Origin: a virus
Lineage: Duplodnaviria; Caudoviricetes
Direction: 5' to 3' (one strand)
DNA length: 59,056 nucleotides
Virus record (IMG/VR): IMGVR_UViG_3300043395_003306
Location: 1-59,056 of that record
Part shown: piece by piece, positions 17,481 to 27,324 of the stretch
Position numbering within the stretch: the stretch's first letter is position 1
Layout: every line of letters starts with the position of its first letter
Translations under genes and position numbers: made by a program
The notes under the pieces: model-generated
Databases searched by the model: none
The model's input: the letters and a program-made list of their open reading frames with translations, nothing else
What the model was told of the DNA's origin: nothing

Positions 17481-18887
17481 ATGAACATGAAGGTGCCCCG
17501 ACTCGACCCTGAAAAGGCCTACATCGGGGCGTCATTGTTTCTTCCTCTATCCAAAGTAGCAGAGGGCCCCGTTCGCGGGGCCCTCACGTTTGGCCTAGAC
17601 CGAAACAATGAGCCCAGGGTTTTAGTCAAAAATCACCCGCACCATATTGAAGTGCCTCGGGCTTTTCTTACCACTCAGCAGTTAAAAGAGGAATTAGAGA
17701 TTGAGGTCGTAGACCTTCGCCCAAAGAATTTCCCACGGTCTAGTCTACGACCTAAACCTGGCTTTTCTCTGCGGGATCGACAACTAGATCCTTGGGCAGC
17801 CTACAAGGACGCCAAGGGCGGGGTTCTTCATTTACCCTGCGGAGCCGGCAAGACCATCATGGGTCTTTATAAGGCGGCGCATGAAGGCCTCTCTACTTTG
17901 ATTGTCTCGCCGCAGGCGGCGCATCTAGACAACTGGATGTCAGAGCTGAAAGATCATTTTCTTCTCGACTCAACGCCTGGTCGTATCGGTGACGGGAAGA
18001 TGGAGTACGACAGGGAAATTGTTCTCTGCACCGTTCAGACGCTTGCGATGCGAGCAGAGGATGGGCAGCTTCCCATAGATTTTGCCTCTCGATTTGGGAC
18101 CATCATCTTTGACGAGACGCACCACATGAGCGCGGAGTTCTTTGCGCGCAGCATCGATATCTGCCTCGGTAACCGCTACGGCCTCACTGCTACGCCCAAA
18201 AGAACAGATCGCAACGAGGGCGTATTCCTCTCGCACATCGGTCCTATTCTCTACAGCGACGACACGCAGGAGATGATCCCAGAGATAGAGGTCATTGAGC
18301 TAGAGACGGAACTTACGTCTGCGGATGAGCGCACCGTTAGCGACCGAAGCGGGCAAAGAAACCTTGCAATGCTGAAGACTTGGCTTGCTCAGAATACCGA
18401 GCGGAACGACGCCATAAGGCGTCGCCTGCAAAAAGCCGTAGCTGAGGGTCGTACCATCTATGCCCTGAGCCACAGCGTCGAGCATGTGAAGGCGTTGTCC
18501 GCCATGTTTCCGGGCAGCGGCTTGATCACCGGGGAAACGCCCAGCGCAGAGAGGCTCAAGGAGCTGAACAAAAGCAAGATTGTCTTTGCGACGTTCGGAG
18601 TGGCAACCGAGAACTACAATCGCAAAGACTTAGACTGCCTGTTTATGCTCACGCCTCTGGCGGCAGATGGTTACGCAGAGGCCCCTCAACTGCGCCAAGC
18701 AATTGGCCGTGTTCAGCGTGCCGCAGACGGAAAGAAAACCCCCGAGGTCATCATCTTCCTTGATCGGAACATTGATGAATGTCGGGGCCTTACCTACAGC
18801 GTTTTGAACTACTTGAAATCTAAGAACTACCCGTTCAGGAACTCGACATGGAACCAAAAGCGTCGCAATCCGATGGTGCGTACCTGA
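17481..18887 (+). CDS. Superfamily II helicase (UvsW/XPB-like, 468 aa)
   Basis: LPCGAGKT (Walker A), DETHH, LTATP, QAIGRVQR. Confidence 0.92.
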   Translation: MNMKVPRLDPEKAYIGASLFLPLSKVAEGPVRGALTFGLDRNNEPRVLVKNHPHHIEVPRAFLTTQQLKEELEIEVVDLRPKNFPRSSLRPKPGFSLRDRQLDPWAAYKDAKGGVLHLPCGAGKTIMGLYKAAHEGLSTLIVSPQAAHLDNWMSELKDHFLLDSTPGRIGDGKMEYDREIVLCTVQTLAMRAEDGQLPIDFASRFGTIIFDETHHMSAEFFARSIDICLGNRYGLTATPKRTDRNEGVFLSHIGPILYSDDTQEMIPEIEVIELETELTSADERTVSDRSGQRNLAMLKTWLAQNTERNDAIRRRLQKAVAEGRTIYALSHSVEHVKALSAMFPGSGLITGETPSAERLKELNKSKIVFATFGVATENYNRKDLDCLFMLTPLAADGYAEAPQLRQAIGRVQRAADGKKTPEVIIFLDRNIDECRGLTYSVLNYLKSKNYPFRNSTWNQKRRNPMVRT

Positions 18888-19210
18888 AGAACCTTACGGT
18901 CTTCATGTACAACAACCGATGTTTCTTGGGGCTGTGGTGCGATGCCCACAGCACGGAAGACGTGATGAAGCGCGGCATCAACGTCCTTGACGCCATTGAG
19001 TTACGAATTCAAATGGCCGGTGACCCTCGCCAGCCGGTCATGCAAGTTGCGCCAAGTCCCGTAGTTCCGGCAAACAAGCCGATCACAATGTGGCTTCCGC
19101 CCTGCGCGCATTTTGCTGTTGAAGACCACAAGGACTTTATCGACATCTACCGCGCCATGACCGGACGTTCGGGGCTGGTGCTTCCTGCTCCTGGGATCTC
19201 GTTCAAATGA
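18848..19210 (+). CDS. Hypothetical protein (120 aa)
   Basis: In operon; ATGA overlap with the UDG gene. Confidence 0.65.
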   Translation: MEPKASQSDGAYLKNLTVFMYNNRCFLGLWCDAHSTEDVMKRGINVLDAIELRIQMAGDPRQPVMQVAPSPVVPANKPITMWLPPCAHFAVEDHKDFIDIYRAMTGRSGLVLPAPGISFK

Positions 19211-19959
19211 GCGTTCGAGGACTTGAGGCGCTGGAGAACTTGTTTGAGGATTACGCAGACTGCACTCGCTGCGGTCTTTGCGAAAAGAGGACGCAGGTCG
19301 TCTTTGGGAGTGGGTCGGTCAGCGCAAACATCCTTGTCGTCGGGGAAGCCCCCATCGAAGAAGACGAAGCGCACGGCGTGCCTTTTATGGGCAAATCAGG
19401 GCGCCTATTCATGGACATGCTTGCGATGATCTGGCCGGACACGGAAGAAATGGCCCGTTTACGCAATTATGATTCTGAGGATAATCAGGGATATTTCATC
19501 GACCTGCGCGAGTACCTTGACCGGCACATCTTCTGGACGAGTATTGTGTCCTGTCGTCCCCCAGAAGGGCGTCAGCCGTCAAACGCGGAGATCACCGCTT
19601 GCTACGACCGGCTGCGCGGAATCATCTACGCAGTAGACCCGATGATCATCATTGCGCTGGGGAAAACGGCGGCCTCTACGGTGGTCGGAAAAACGGTTCA
19701 AGTTACGGACAAAAGAGGTACGATCTTCGACGTAACCGTCGATAGCCCCGTGACAGGGCAACCCGTTCGGTACGCGATGGCGGCCCTGCTGCATCCGAGT
19801 TTCTTGCTGAGAAAGGGAGATCAGTCCCTTGTTGCTGAGAAGAAAGGAGAGACCTACAAAACTCTTCAAGATTTGAAGTACATCTTGTCGCTATTAGACG
19901 CGGAATACAAAGACGCCTACGGACAGGCATTTCCATACCGCAACGAGGAAGCACCATGA
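19207..19959 (+). CDS. Uracil-DNA glycosylase family 4-like (Fe-S) protein (250 aa)
   Basis: CTRCGL, VVFGSG, VGEAP, PFMGKSG, CRPP...EITAC, LHPS. Confidence 0.9.
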   Translation: MSVRGLEALENLFEDYADCTRCGLCEKRTQVVFGSGSVSANILVVGEAPIEEDEAHGVPFMGKSGRLFMDMLAMIWPDTEEMARLRNYDSEDNQGYFIDLREYLDRHIFWTSIVSCRPPEGRQPSNAEITACYDRLRGIIYAVDPMIIIALGKTAASTVVGKTVQVTDKRGTIFDVTVDSPVTGQPVRYAMAALLHPSFLLRKGDQSLVAEKKGETYKTLQDLKYILSLLDAEYKDAYGQAFPYRNEEAP

Positions 19960-20393
19960 ACGACGAACTCTCAAACACTATTGCGATGCTGGTTGATTTT
20001 GTTGAGGAGCGAAACCTCATCCTCAGCGAGATCCGCGAGGCTCACTCTGAAGACTTTGAGCGCATCGACTACTTGAACGAAGAAATTGCCCGAGTCCGAA
20101 AGCTGACGGAAGACCTACTCCGGCAGGGCAAGAAGACGGTTGAAGCTGGTGGGTACACCTTCCAGGTCAAGCCTTACAAGAAGACCGTCATCGACCGCGC
20201 CAATCTCATCGAGAAGGCACGGGAGCGCGGGGAGCTGTCGCGCCTTGTTGAAGACTTCGGGATGGTCTACTACGACGTAAATCCTGACCAGCTTGCGCGT
20301 CTGCCGGACGACATGAAGGCTGTTTACGCAGACTTTATCCGAGTTGAGGAAGACACCCCGAGGGTCTACATGCCCTCGGGCCTGAAGCAGTGA
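19956..20393 (+). CDS. Hypothetical protein with coiled-coil N-terminus (145 aa)
   Basis: GAGGA SD; coupled overlaps with neighbours. Confidence 0.7.
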   Translation: MNDELSNTIAMLVDFVEERNLILSEIREAHSEDFERIDYLNEEIARVRKLTEDLLRQGKKTVEAGGYTFQVKPYKKTVIDRANLIEKARERGELSRLVEDFGMVYYDVNPDQLARLPDDMKAVYADFIRVEEDTPRVYMPSGLKQ

Positions 20394-20725
20394 TTGTAGG
20401 ACGGCTCCGCCACGATGTACGCGTGGCGGGGCTTCCCGATCTCGTCTCAGAACAAAACCTCAAAGCGGAGGATCTACACGTGCCAAAAGACATGTTGAAG
20501 AGTCTTGATGATGCAGGTGCGGCACGCGTGACCATCTCTATGGAGATGAAGGACAACGACTACGGTCGTGGTTTTGGCGCGTTTGCTTCCGTGTCCCTGG
20601 CTTGCCGCCAAGACCAGTTCACAGTCCAGCAGGCGTACGCAGAGGCGTCTGACTTAGCTGCGGCTTTTGTACATGAAGCCTTTCTACTTGCTGAAGAGCG
20701 CTACCGAGACCTGAGGTCAAAGTGA
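20390..20725 (+). CDS. Hypothetical protein (111 aa)
   Basis: GTGA overlaps at both ends. Confidence 0.65.
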   Translation: MIVGRLRHDVRVAGLPDLVSEQNLKAEDLHVPKDMLKSLDDAGAARVTISMEMKDNDYGRGFGAFASVSLACRQDQFTVQQAYAEASDLAAAFVHEAFLLAEERYRDLRSK

Positions 20726-21018
20726 AACGCTCGCTCTCGGAAAACGGGCCTGCAACCTTGGTTGTTAATGAAATTTCGGTGACTCGACTTCCTACTGGTC
20801 TCGTTTCGGTTCAGGCGAGATACACTGTGGACCTCCGCACCGAGGAGTTCTCCGGCTCTGTCGGTGTAGGGTCTACAACCATCTCCGATGACGATCTCAT
20901 CCAGATGGTTGATGAGGCGATGACGGCAATCCAGAACCGGATCAACTCTGCAGTTGGTCTGGCTGCGCCGGATATTGCCGCTACTGTGGAAACCCCGGAA
21001 CAAGATTGGGAGCTTTGA
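20722..21018 (+). CDS. Hypothetical protein (98 aa)
   Basis: GAGG SD, GTGA overlap, abuts the DnaB gene. Confidence 0.65.
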   Translation: MKRSLSENGPATLVVNEISVTRLPTGLVSVQARYTVDLRTEEFSGSVGVGSTTISDDDLIQMVDEAMTAIQNRINSAVGLAAPDIAATVETPEQDWEL

Positions 21019-22419
21019 GTGAACGTCGAACTCGAACTGATCTCAAATATTGTTGACCGTGGCGACTTCAGCGTTGTGCGTAAGAAGGGGATCACCCCCG
21101 ATACGTTCAACACGGAAGAAGCGCGCACGGTCTTTCGCTGGCTTTGGGACGAGTTTCACTCGCCCGCACACCCCGGAGAAGTCCCTGACAAGGACCGGCT
21201 TCGGCGTAAATTCCCGAACTTTGACTACCGCCCAACGCGGAACAGCATTGAAGCGATCACGCTCGACGTGCTCTCCAACAAGATGCGGAATGAGCTTCAG
21301 CTCATCACGCTTGAGGTTGAGGAGCTGCTTGCGGCGGGAGAAGATCCCTTCCTTGTGTTGACGGCGTTCCTCCCTAGGATGCGCGACCTCAACAGTTCGT
21401 CCGCTGACACGGATGGTCTGTTGATGGCAAGTTCTGCGGCTCTGCTTCGACAGGAGTACGAGACAAAGAACCTTGCCGGCGGTATCACGGGCATCCCGTA
21501 TCCTTGGGATCCCCTGAACGTTGCGACTTGCGGGATGCAGCCGGAAGAACTGCTGGTTCTTTACGGACGCCCAAAGAACATGAAGTCTTGGCTTGCCCTC
21601 GCCATGGCAGTCCATGCCTACGAGAGCAACCGTCGAGTGCTCGTCTACTCCAAGGAAATGTCTAAGGAGCAGACCCTTCGTCGTGCTGCGTCGATTCTGT
21701 GCAAGATTGACTACGAGCTTCTTCGCACGGGAAACCTGCATCCGCAGAAGGCCCAGGAGTTCTTTGAGTTCCTTGAAGATCTCGTAAACCTTGAGAACAT
21801 GGCGCAGAACGGTCAGCGCAAGCGTTCGCTTATGTTTGTCGGCGACGCCGACAAGAAGGGCGGTACGGTTGACTCGTTGGCTGCCAAGGCAGAGCGTTTT
21901 GGTGCAGACCTTGTCGTGGCGGACGCGTTCTACCTGATGCGTGACGGTAGAACAAATACGCGAACTGCTGACTGGAAGAATATTGCACACATCAGCCAAG
22001 ACCTAAAGCTCATGGCCCGTGCGCTGAAAATTCCAGTTCTCGGTACAACACAGGCAAACCGTAACGCAAATGCGTCTCACGGCGATGACCTTTCTGAGCT
22101 TGCCGGTTCTGACGCAATTGGTCAGGATGCCGACCTTGTCATGCGGTGTTTTCGCGGTCGCGGTCCGACGGGACGCTCTGCGGTAATGTTGACGTTCCCA
22201 GGTATTCGTGAGGCACAGCTGAATCCGTTTTTGGTAAATGCTGTGCCGGGTACGGATTTCTCGTTGCTCCAAAATAGCGTCGATGTCGCTGCGTTCCTCA
22301 AGGACAAGCGAGCCATGGACCAGGAAGACGAGAATAAGAACCCCAACGGTGCCGCTCCGGGTGGTCGCCCTGCGCAGGGTCAAAAGCGTCCACCTAGGAC
22401 GCCAATGTTCCGCGTATGA
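21019..22419 (+). CDS. dnaB: Replicative DNA helicase, DnaB-like (466 aa)
   Basis: GITGIPYPW, GRPKNMKS (Walker A), SKEMS, VVADAFYLM (Walker B), ISQDLKLMA, TQANR, SDAIGQDAD. Confidence 0.92.
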   Translation: MNVELELISNIVDRGDFSVVRKKGITPDTFNTEEARTVFRWLWDEFHSPAHPGEVPDKDRLRRKFPNFDYRPTRNSIEAITLDVLSNKMRNELQLITLEVEELLAAGEDPFLVLTAFLPRMRDLNSSSADTDGLLMASSAALLRQEYETKNLAGGITGIPYPWDPLNVATCGMQPEELLVLYGRPKNMKSWLALAMAVHAYESNRRVLVYSKEMSKEQTLRRAASILCKIDYELLRTGNLHPQKAQEFFEFLEDLVNLENMAQNGQRKRSLMFVGDADKKGGTVDSLAAKAERFGADLVVADAFYLMRDGRTNTRTADWKNIAHISQDLKLMARALKIPVLGTTQANRNANASHGDDLSELAGSDAIGQDADLVMRCFRGRGPTGRSAVMLTFPGIREAQLNPFLVNAVPGTDFSLLQNSVDVAAFLKDKRAMDQEDENKNPNGAAPGGRPAQGQKRPPRTPMFRV

Positions 22420-23495
22420 GCAACGGCCCGGTTGTCGATGAGATCGCCAAGTACGTCACCGGGCTAAAGAAAGGCGCAGGCAATAACTGGATGGGTTTCT
22501 GCCCCATTCACGGAGAGCAAGCGGGAAAGAGTAAGCCCTCCTTCAGCCTCAACGCAGCAACAGGCATGTGGTACTGCTTTGCTGGGTGTGGCGGAGGAGG
22601 GCTTCCTACTTTTCTGAAGCTTCTCGACGTTCCCCGTCCGCGCGTCGATACGCTGATGGAGAAGTTGCGGCCTCACCTTACAACGGTGGAAAAGAGGGCC
22701 GACCTGACACAGGCAAAGAACCTGTTTCAGACCCCGTACCCCCTGCCCGAGAAACTGCTTGGTATTTACGAAGAGTGTCCCGTCTCCCTGATCGAGGCCG
22801 GCTTCACAGAAGAAACTCTGTGGACACACGATGTGGGATTTGATGAAGAGCAGCAACGGATCACGTTCCCCATCAGGGACCTGAACGGAACCCTTGCCGG
22901 TATCTCTGGTCGTGACGTCACCGGGCGTGCGGCGGAGAAGTACAAAGTTTATCAGCGAGAGCTGCAAGAGATCGGGTTTAAGAACTATAAACTAGAGAAG
23001 GGCAATTACCTGTACCGCTGGGAGCGGGTCTACCAAAACGTGTACGCAAATCCTGACCGCCCGCCTGTCTACATCACAGAGGGATTCAAGGCGTGCCTGT
23101 GGATGGTGCAGAACGGCTTCCCAAATACTGTGGCCCTCATGGGCTCCAGCATGACCGACGTACAGAAGATGTTCATTGAGAGGTTGGGAGGACCTGTGGT
23201 CCTGTGCCTAGACAACAATTCTGCGGGTATTAAAGGTACCGCCAGAATAGGTTATAGGCTATCTGGAGCCCGCATCTTAGTGATGCGGTATCCGCCTGAC
23301 GTTCAGCAGCCCGATGGGCTATCTGCCGAAGCTTTACAGGACGCTGTTCAAAGGGCTTTGTCCCTAACTACATGGAGCAAACAACATCATGAATCGAACG
23401 TCATTCCGCGCTTCCGTTATGGGCGAGCGCAAAGAGAAGAACGGGAAGGGTTGGCGCGGGTCTTTCCGAGACCGCCTCGATATCCCCAAGGATGA
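22416..23495 (+). CDS. dnaG: DNA primase (CHC2 zinc finger plus TOPRIM)
   Basis: CPIH...PSFS...WYCFAGC, RITFPIRD, ITEGFKA, LCLDNN. Confidence 0.92.
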   Translation: MSNGPVVDEIAKYVTGLKKGAGNNWMGFCPIHGEQAGKSKPSFSLNAATGMWYCFAGCGGGGLPTFLKLLDVPRPRVDTLMEKLRPHLTTVEKRADLTQAKNLFQTPYPLPEKLLGIYEECPVSLIEAGFTEETLWTHDVGFDEEQQRITFPIRDLNGTLAGISGRDVTGRAAEKYKVYQRELQEIGFKNYKLEKGNYLYRWERVYQNVYANPDRPPVYITEGFKACLWMVQNGFPNTVALMGSSMTDVQKMFIERLGGPVVLCLDNNSAGIKGTARIGYRLSGARILVMRYPPDVQQPDGLSAEALQDAVQRALSLTTWSKQHHESNVIPRFRYGRAQREEREGLARVFPRPPRYPQG

Positions 23496-24552
23496 GGCTA
23501 CGCCCATCCTGGTCCTTCGCGGCACTTATCAGGATCCCCGTGGCAAGCAGCAGGGGGAGTTGGCGTACCACCCGCACACGGTTCACTCGCTGAAGTTGGC
23601 GGCGTCGGGTCCCGGTTCGTTCCGTGAGATCCCCTGCGCGGGCAAGGACTGCGTTGGTTGCTACGCAAAGGACGGCGGAGATCCCCGCGTCACGACGCGT
23701 GAGAAGTTTGCGCTGAACGTGTTGCACCTCTCGCTGTACCGCAAGGAGCCCATCAAGGACAAGGATGGGAAGGTGCTGACCTACAGCGAAGACGGCAAGG
23801 ACCACCGTCGCGGAGACGCGGTGATGGGTTGGAACGAGGTGACGGGCCGTAAGGACCGCAAGGACATTACTGCTGCCGCCGAGCGTGGCGATGTTCCTGA
23901 GGACGTTGCGCTGTACCGCCGTAAGTACCTCGACCTGGGCCGCAACCACCTTGAAGCCCTCATGGCGATTGACGAGCTTGCGGCAAAGAACTGCTTCTGC
24001 GGCGGTTCCCTTGCTCCGACGGCGTTCCACTGCGAGAGCTGCGACGAGCTTCTGTGCGATGTGGAGAACTCCAACATGACCTCTAAGCAGGTCAACGAGT
24101 ACTCCAGCAGCCGGCAGCGTTGCGGTTCCTGTGGGCATCTCGGCTTCACAAAGATCATCACGATCTGTGATAGCTGCGATGAGCCGTCTCCGATGAGCGT
24201 GTTTGATGTAGTTGCCTATGTCCGTAAGCACGGCGAAGCCACCGCGTCGACCATCATGGTTGAGAAGATCCAGCCCCTTACCGAGTTCACCCTCGCCAAT
24301 GGCGCGGCACTCGTGAAGGACTGGAACGTTGATGCTTCTGGCGTTGTCCCAGTCTGGGCTGACGACGTGGCCCCGTCCATGACGCAGTTCGATTTCGAGC
24401 AGGTGTTCGGCGCGCAGGATGCTGCGTACGTCTCCTCTTTGCTCGGAATTCAGAACCCATTTGGTGGACCTGCTCCGCAGCAGACGCGCCCCTACGGTGG
24501 CGGTGGTGGACAGCAGGGCGGGCCGGCTGGCGCTCGCCGTTTTGGCCGCTAA
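23389..24552 (+). CDS. Putative single-stranded DNA-binding protein with zinc ribbons (387 aa)
   Basis: Lies between primase and polymerase; CAGKDCVGC plus four further Cys pairs; Gly/Gln tail; GGAG SD; followed by a terminator-like hairpin. Confidence 0.5.
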   Translation: MNRTSFRASVMGERKEKNGKGWRGSFRDRLDIPKDEATPILVLRGTYQDPRGKQQGELAYHPHTVHSLKLAASGPGSFREIPCAGKDCVGCYAKDGGDPRVTTREKFALNVLHLSLYRKEPIKDKDGKVLTYSEDGKDHRRGDAVMGWNEVTGRKDRKDITAAAERGDVPEDVALYRRKYLDLGRNHLEALMAIDELAAKNCFCGGSLAPTAFHCESCDELLCDVENSNMTSKQVNEYSSSRQRCGSCGHLGFTKIITICDSCDEPSPMSVFDVVAYVRKHGEATASTIMVEKIQPLTEFTLANGAALVKDWNVDASGVVPVWADDVAPSMTQFDFEQVFGAQDAAYVSSLLGIQNPFGGPAPQQTRPYGGGGGQQGGPAGARRFGR

Positions 24553-24580
24553 TTAGCGCGAACGCACAATTGTGCTGACA

Positions 24581-24603
24581 GCCGGGAAAGACCGGCATTT
24601 TTT
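24581..24603 (+). terminator. Rho-independent terminator
   Basis: GCCGG-gaaaga-CCGGC followed by ATTTTTT. Confidence 0.6.
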
Positions 24604-24619
24604 ATCTCGGAGGGTAAGC

Positions 24620-27037
24620 GTGCCTAATCACGGCTATCAGTTCGTTAAGACGCCGGACCCTATCTACGTCTCCACAGTGGAGGACGCAGAATACTGGGCT
24701 GCCCGTTACTTGGCAGTCGATTCGGTCGCATTTGACACAGAGACAACGGGACTCAGCAAGACTGACGCCCGGATTAAGTTCTTTTCGTTTTCAGACGGCG
24801 CAAGCCGAATTGCTGCGCCAGTACGGCTGCTAGATGTGTTTGCTCCGGTCCTTACCAACCCAAATATCGAAAAGAAAATGGCTAACGCCAAGTTCGATAT
24901 TCACATGTGCGCCAATCACGGAATCCTCATCCAAGGGAACGTGATTGATACGGTTCATATGAGCTGGCATTACGATGAGAATCGCCAGGGCCAGCACGGG
25001 TTGAAGGAGTGTTCTCGCGAGTTTCTTGGGCTGCGAATGGCCCCGTTTACCGAAGTATTCGGGAAGATTGGCAGGAAGAATGACGAGGTTGCGGCTGTCT
25101 GTGCGTTCCACGATGTGATCGAAGCACAGGACACGGAGGAGGCGTCAGAAATCCTTGTGTCGCTAAAGCGGGCCGAGGGCGATGAGGATGTACTAAACAG
25201 CCTCAAGAAACTCTCGCTTGCAAAGCAATCTGGAGAGCCGCTGCCTCTTAAGAAGTTGTTGGCAATGCTTCGTCTGCACGAGCTGGTCGAACGTAGCACT
25301 GTCCGTAAATACGCTTCTACGGTTGAGGTCTACCGATTCTTGGGCGTTGAGTTGGCTCCGGCGGACTACGCTCGTGCCGAGATAGACCTAGAGACATACG
25401 AGCGCAGTATTGCAGCAGAGGTCGAAGCACTCCTGCGTCTCAAGCTGATGCAGCAAGTACGCGTCGATAGCGACCCGCTCGACATGCTCACTCTGATGGT
25501 TGCTGACTACGCGTCTCTTGACGCGTGGGCAACCTATGAGGTCGCTGATGTGCTTACCGAAGAGCTTACGGCAATTGACGAGGGCAACGGCAGCATTCTT
25601 ATTGATCGCTACCGCCGCGTTGCTGCTCCGTTCCTGCGTGTGTTGTGGAATTGTGAACGTCGTGGGTTCCCCATCGACCTACAGCAAATTCGCACCTACG
25701 CAACACAAATGAAGAAGGACATTGAGGCCATTGAGCGGCGCGTTGTGAAACTGACAAAGGATCCCAACGTAAATCTCAACAGCCCTATTCAACTGCGCAA
25801 ACTGTTCTACACACAGAGCAGCACTGGATGGTTTGATCCGTTTGGAGAGGTGCCTACGCGGTGGACCAGCGGAGGAGAATCGGGGGACAAACTTCCCTCG
25901 ACAGATTCCGAAACCCTAGAAGGGTGGGCAGAGCGCGGCAACCTACTTGCGCAGGAAATTATCAAGCACCGTGAGCTTACGAAATTGGAAGGCACGTACT
26001 TCTCCGGCCTGCCGGAGTGGGTTGATTTCCGAAATCGAATTCACACGGACTTGAAGGCGCACGGAGCGCGTACTGGGCGACTTTCTTCGGGTGACCCGAA
26101 CTTACAGAACATCCCCGCAAAGGGAGACTGGGGTCGAGTCATCCGTAAGTTGTTCATCGCAGGCAAGTGGGGCGACTGCGACCCGTCATGGTGTATGCCG
26201 GAGGTTGCGGACATCCCTGTTCCTGTTTTGCCCGATGACACGCCCATGACGCTAATCGTTGCTGACTACGATCAGCTAGAGGTCAAGATTGCGGCGCACG
26301 TCAGCGGAGATCCGACGCTCATCGATACTCTACGTAAGGGTCTCGATGTTCACTCCAAGACCTCCGCAAGCCTTACGGGAATTCCTTACGAGGACTTTAT
26401 TGCTGCCAAGAAGGCGGACAACCCGACGCCGGAACAAGAGAAGCTGATCGACATTCGTTCTGGAAACAAGAGCGCACTGTTCGGCATTTTCTACGGTATT
26501 GGCGCGGTAAAGCTTGGCACGCAGCTTGGTAAGCCCATCAATCGGGTCAAGCAGCGTAATGGGAAGGTCCGAGAGACCTGCCCGGAGGCTCAGGCAATTA
26601 TTGACGGGGTATTCGCAGTTTACCCCGGCCTGAAGGACGCCATCGACGCCACGCACACCGAGTGCATGGAGAAGCTGTACGTCCAGACAATCACGGGTCG
26701 TTTCCGCCGGCTGCCGGATATTATCTCGGACGACCGTATGGTTGCCTCGCAGGCAGAGCGTCAGGCGTTTAACTCGCGCATCCAGGGTTCGGCTGCTGAC
26801 GTTGCGCAGGCTGCGATGCTCAAATGCGAGCGCGACCCTTACCTTCGTGAGTTTGGGGCGCGGATGCTTCTACAAATTCACGACGAGTTGGTGTTCGAGG
26901 TGCCGGATATCCCTGAGTACGTTGCTGCTGCAAAAGAGCGCATCAAGTACCTCATGGAGCATCCGTTTGACTCCGACCTTCTTGTGCCGCTGACTGTTTC
27001 CATCCACGCAGCAAAGACGTGGGGAGACGCGAAGTGA
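24620..27037 (+). CDS. polA: DNA polymerase family A with 3'-5' exonuclease (about 805 aa)
   Basis: FDTETTG, NAKFD, YASLD exonuclease motifs; TGRLSSGDPNLQNIP, DYDQLE, KSALFGIFYG, QIHDEL; start re-called to GTG 24620 after GGAGG. Confidence 0.96.
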   Translation: MPNHGYQFVKTPDPIYVSTVEDAEYWAARYLAVDSVAFDTETTGLSKTDARIKFFSFSDGASRIAAPVRLLDVFAPVLTNPNIEKKMANAKFDIHMCANHGILIQGNVIDTVHMSWHYDENRQGQHGLKECSREFLGLRMAPFTEVFGKIGRKNDEVAAVCAFHDVIEAQDTEEASEILVSLKRAEGDEDVLNSLKKLSLAKQSGEPLPLKKLLAMLRLHELVERSTVRKYASTVEVYRFLGVELAPADYARAEIDLETYERSIAAEVEALLRLKLMQQVRVDSDPLDMLTLMVADYASLDAWATYEVADVLTEELTAIDEGNGSILIDRYRRVAAPFLRVLWNCERRGFPIDLQQIRTYATQMKKDIEAIERRVVKLTKDPNVNLNSPIQLRKLFYTQSSTGWFDPFGEVPTRWTSGGESGDKLPSTDSETLEGWAERGNLLAQEIIKHRELTKLEGTYFSGLPEWVDFRNRIHTDLKAHGARTGRLSSGDPNLQNIPAKGDWGRVIRKLFIAGKWGDCDPSWCMPEVADIPVPVLPDDTPMTLIVADYDQLEVKIAAHVSGDPTLIDTLRKGLDVHSKTSASLTGIPYEDFIAAKKADNPTPEQEKLIDIRSGNKSALFGIFYGIGAVKLGTQLGKPINRVKQRNGKVRETCPEAQAIIDGVFAVYPGLKDAIDATHTECMEKLYVQTITGRFRRLPDIISDDRMVASQAERQAFNSRIQGSAADVAQAAMLKCERDPYLREFGARMLLQIHDELVFEVPDIPEYVAAAKERIKYLMEHPFDSDLLVPLTVSIHAAKTWGDAK

Positions 27038-27324
27038 CGCACGACGACCTAGTACGTCGCATGGTGAAGAAGTCGGGCTACCCAGAACGGGTAGTCCGGC
27101 ATCTTCTTCAGGCACAGATTGAGGTACTGAAGGACGCGCTAATTGCCCAAGAAAAGATAGTATTTCGCACTCTTTTCCACGTTCATACGCAGGAGCGGGT
27201 TATGTCCGTTGCTGCTCCGGGTAAACCTCGCAGAAAGGTGAAAAGGTTAGTACTCTATGTACGACCCTACGCGAGCTTCCGTAAGCTCCTGAACCAGTGG
27301 GGTTCCGAGGTAGACGATGGATAA
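27034..27324 (+). CDS. HU/IHF-like DNA-binding protein (96 aa)
   Basis: MTHDDLVRRMVKKSG...LKDALIAQEKIVFRTLF...VRPYASFRKLLN follows the HU pattern; GTGA overlap with polA. Confidence 0.7.
   Translation: MTHDDLVRRMVKKSGYPERVVRHLLQAQIEVLKDALIAQEKIVFRTLFHVHTQERVMSVAAPGKPRRKVKRLVLYVRPYASFRKLLNQWGSEVDDG

Noticed and set aside
21043-21999. 318-aa antisense ORF over dnaB (also 23401-24231, 29474-30112, 57060-57767 and many shorter ones)
   Set aside because: Shadow ORFs produced by codon bias of well-supported genes on the other strand; no motifs of their own.
23389-23495. Functional dual-coding region at the primase C-terminus
   Set aside because: The tail follows the complete TOPRIM domain and looks like incidental run-on into the next gene.
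25070-25490. Intein in PolA (or in the RNAP or RecA)
   Set aside because: No C/S...HN-C/S/T splice junctions or LAGLIDADG motifs.
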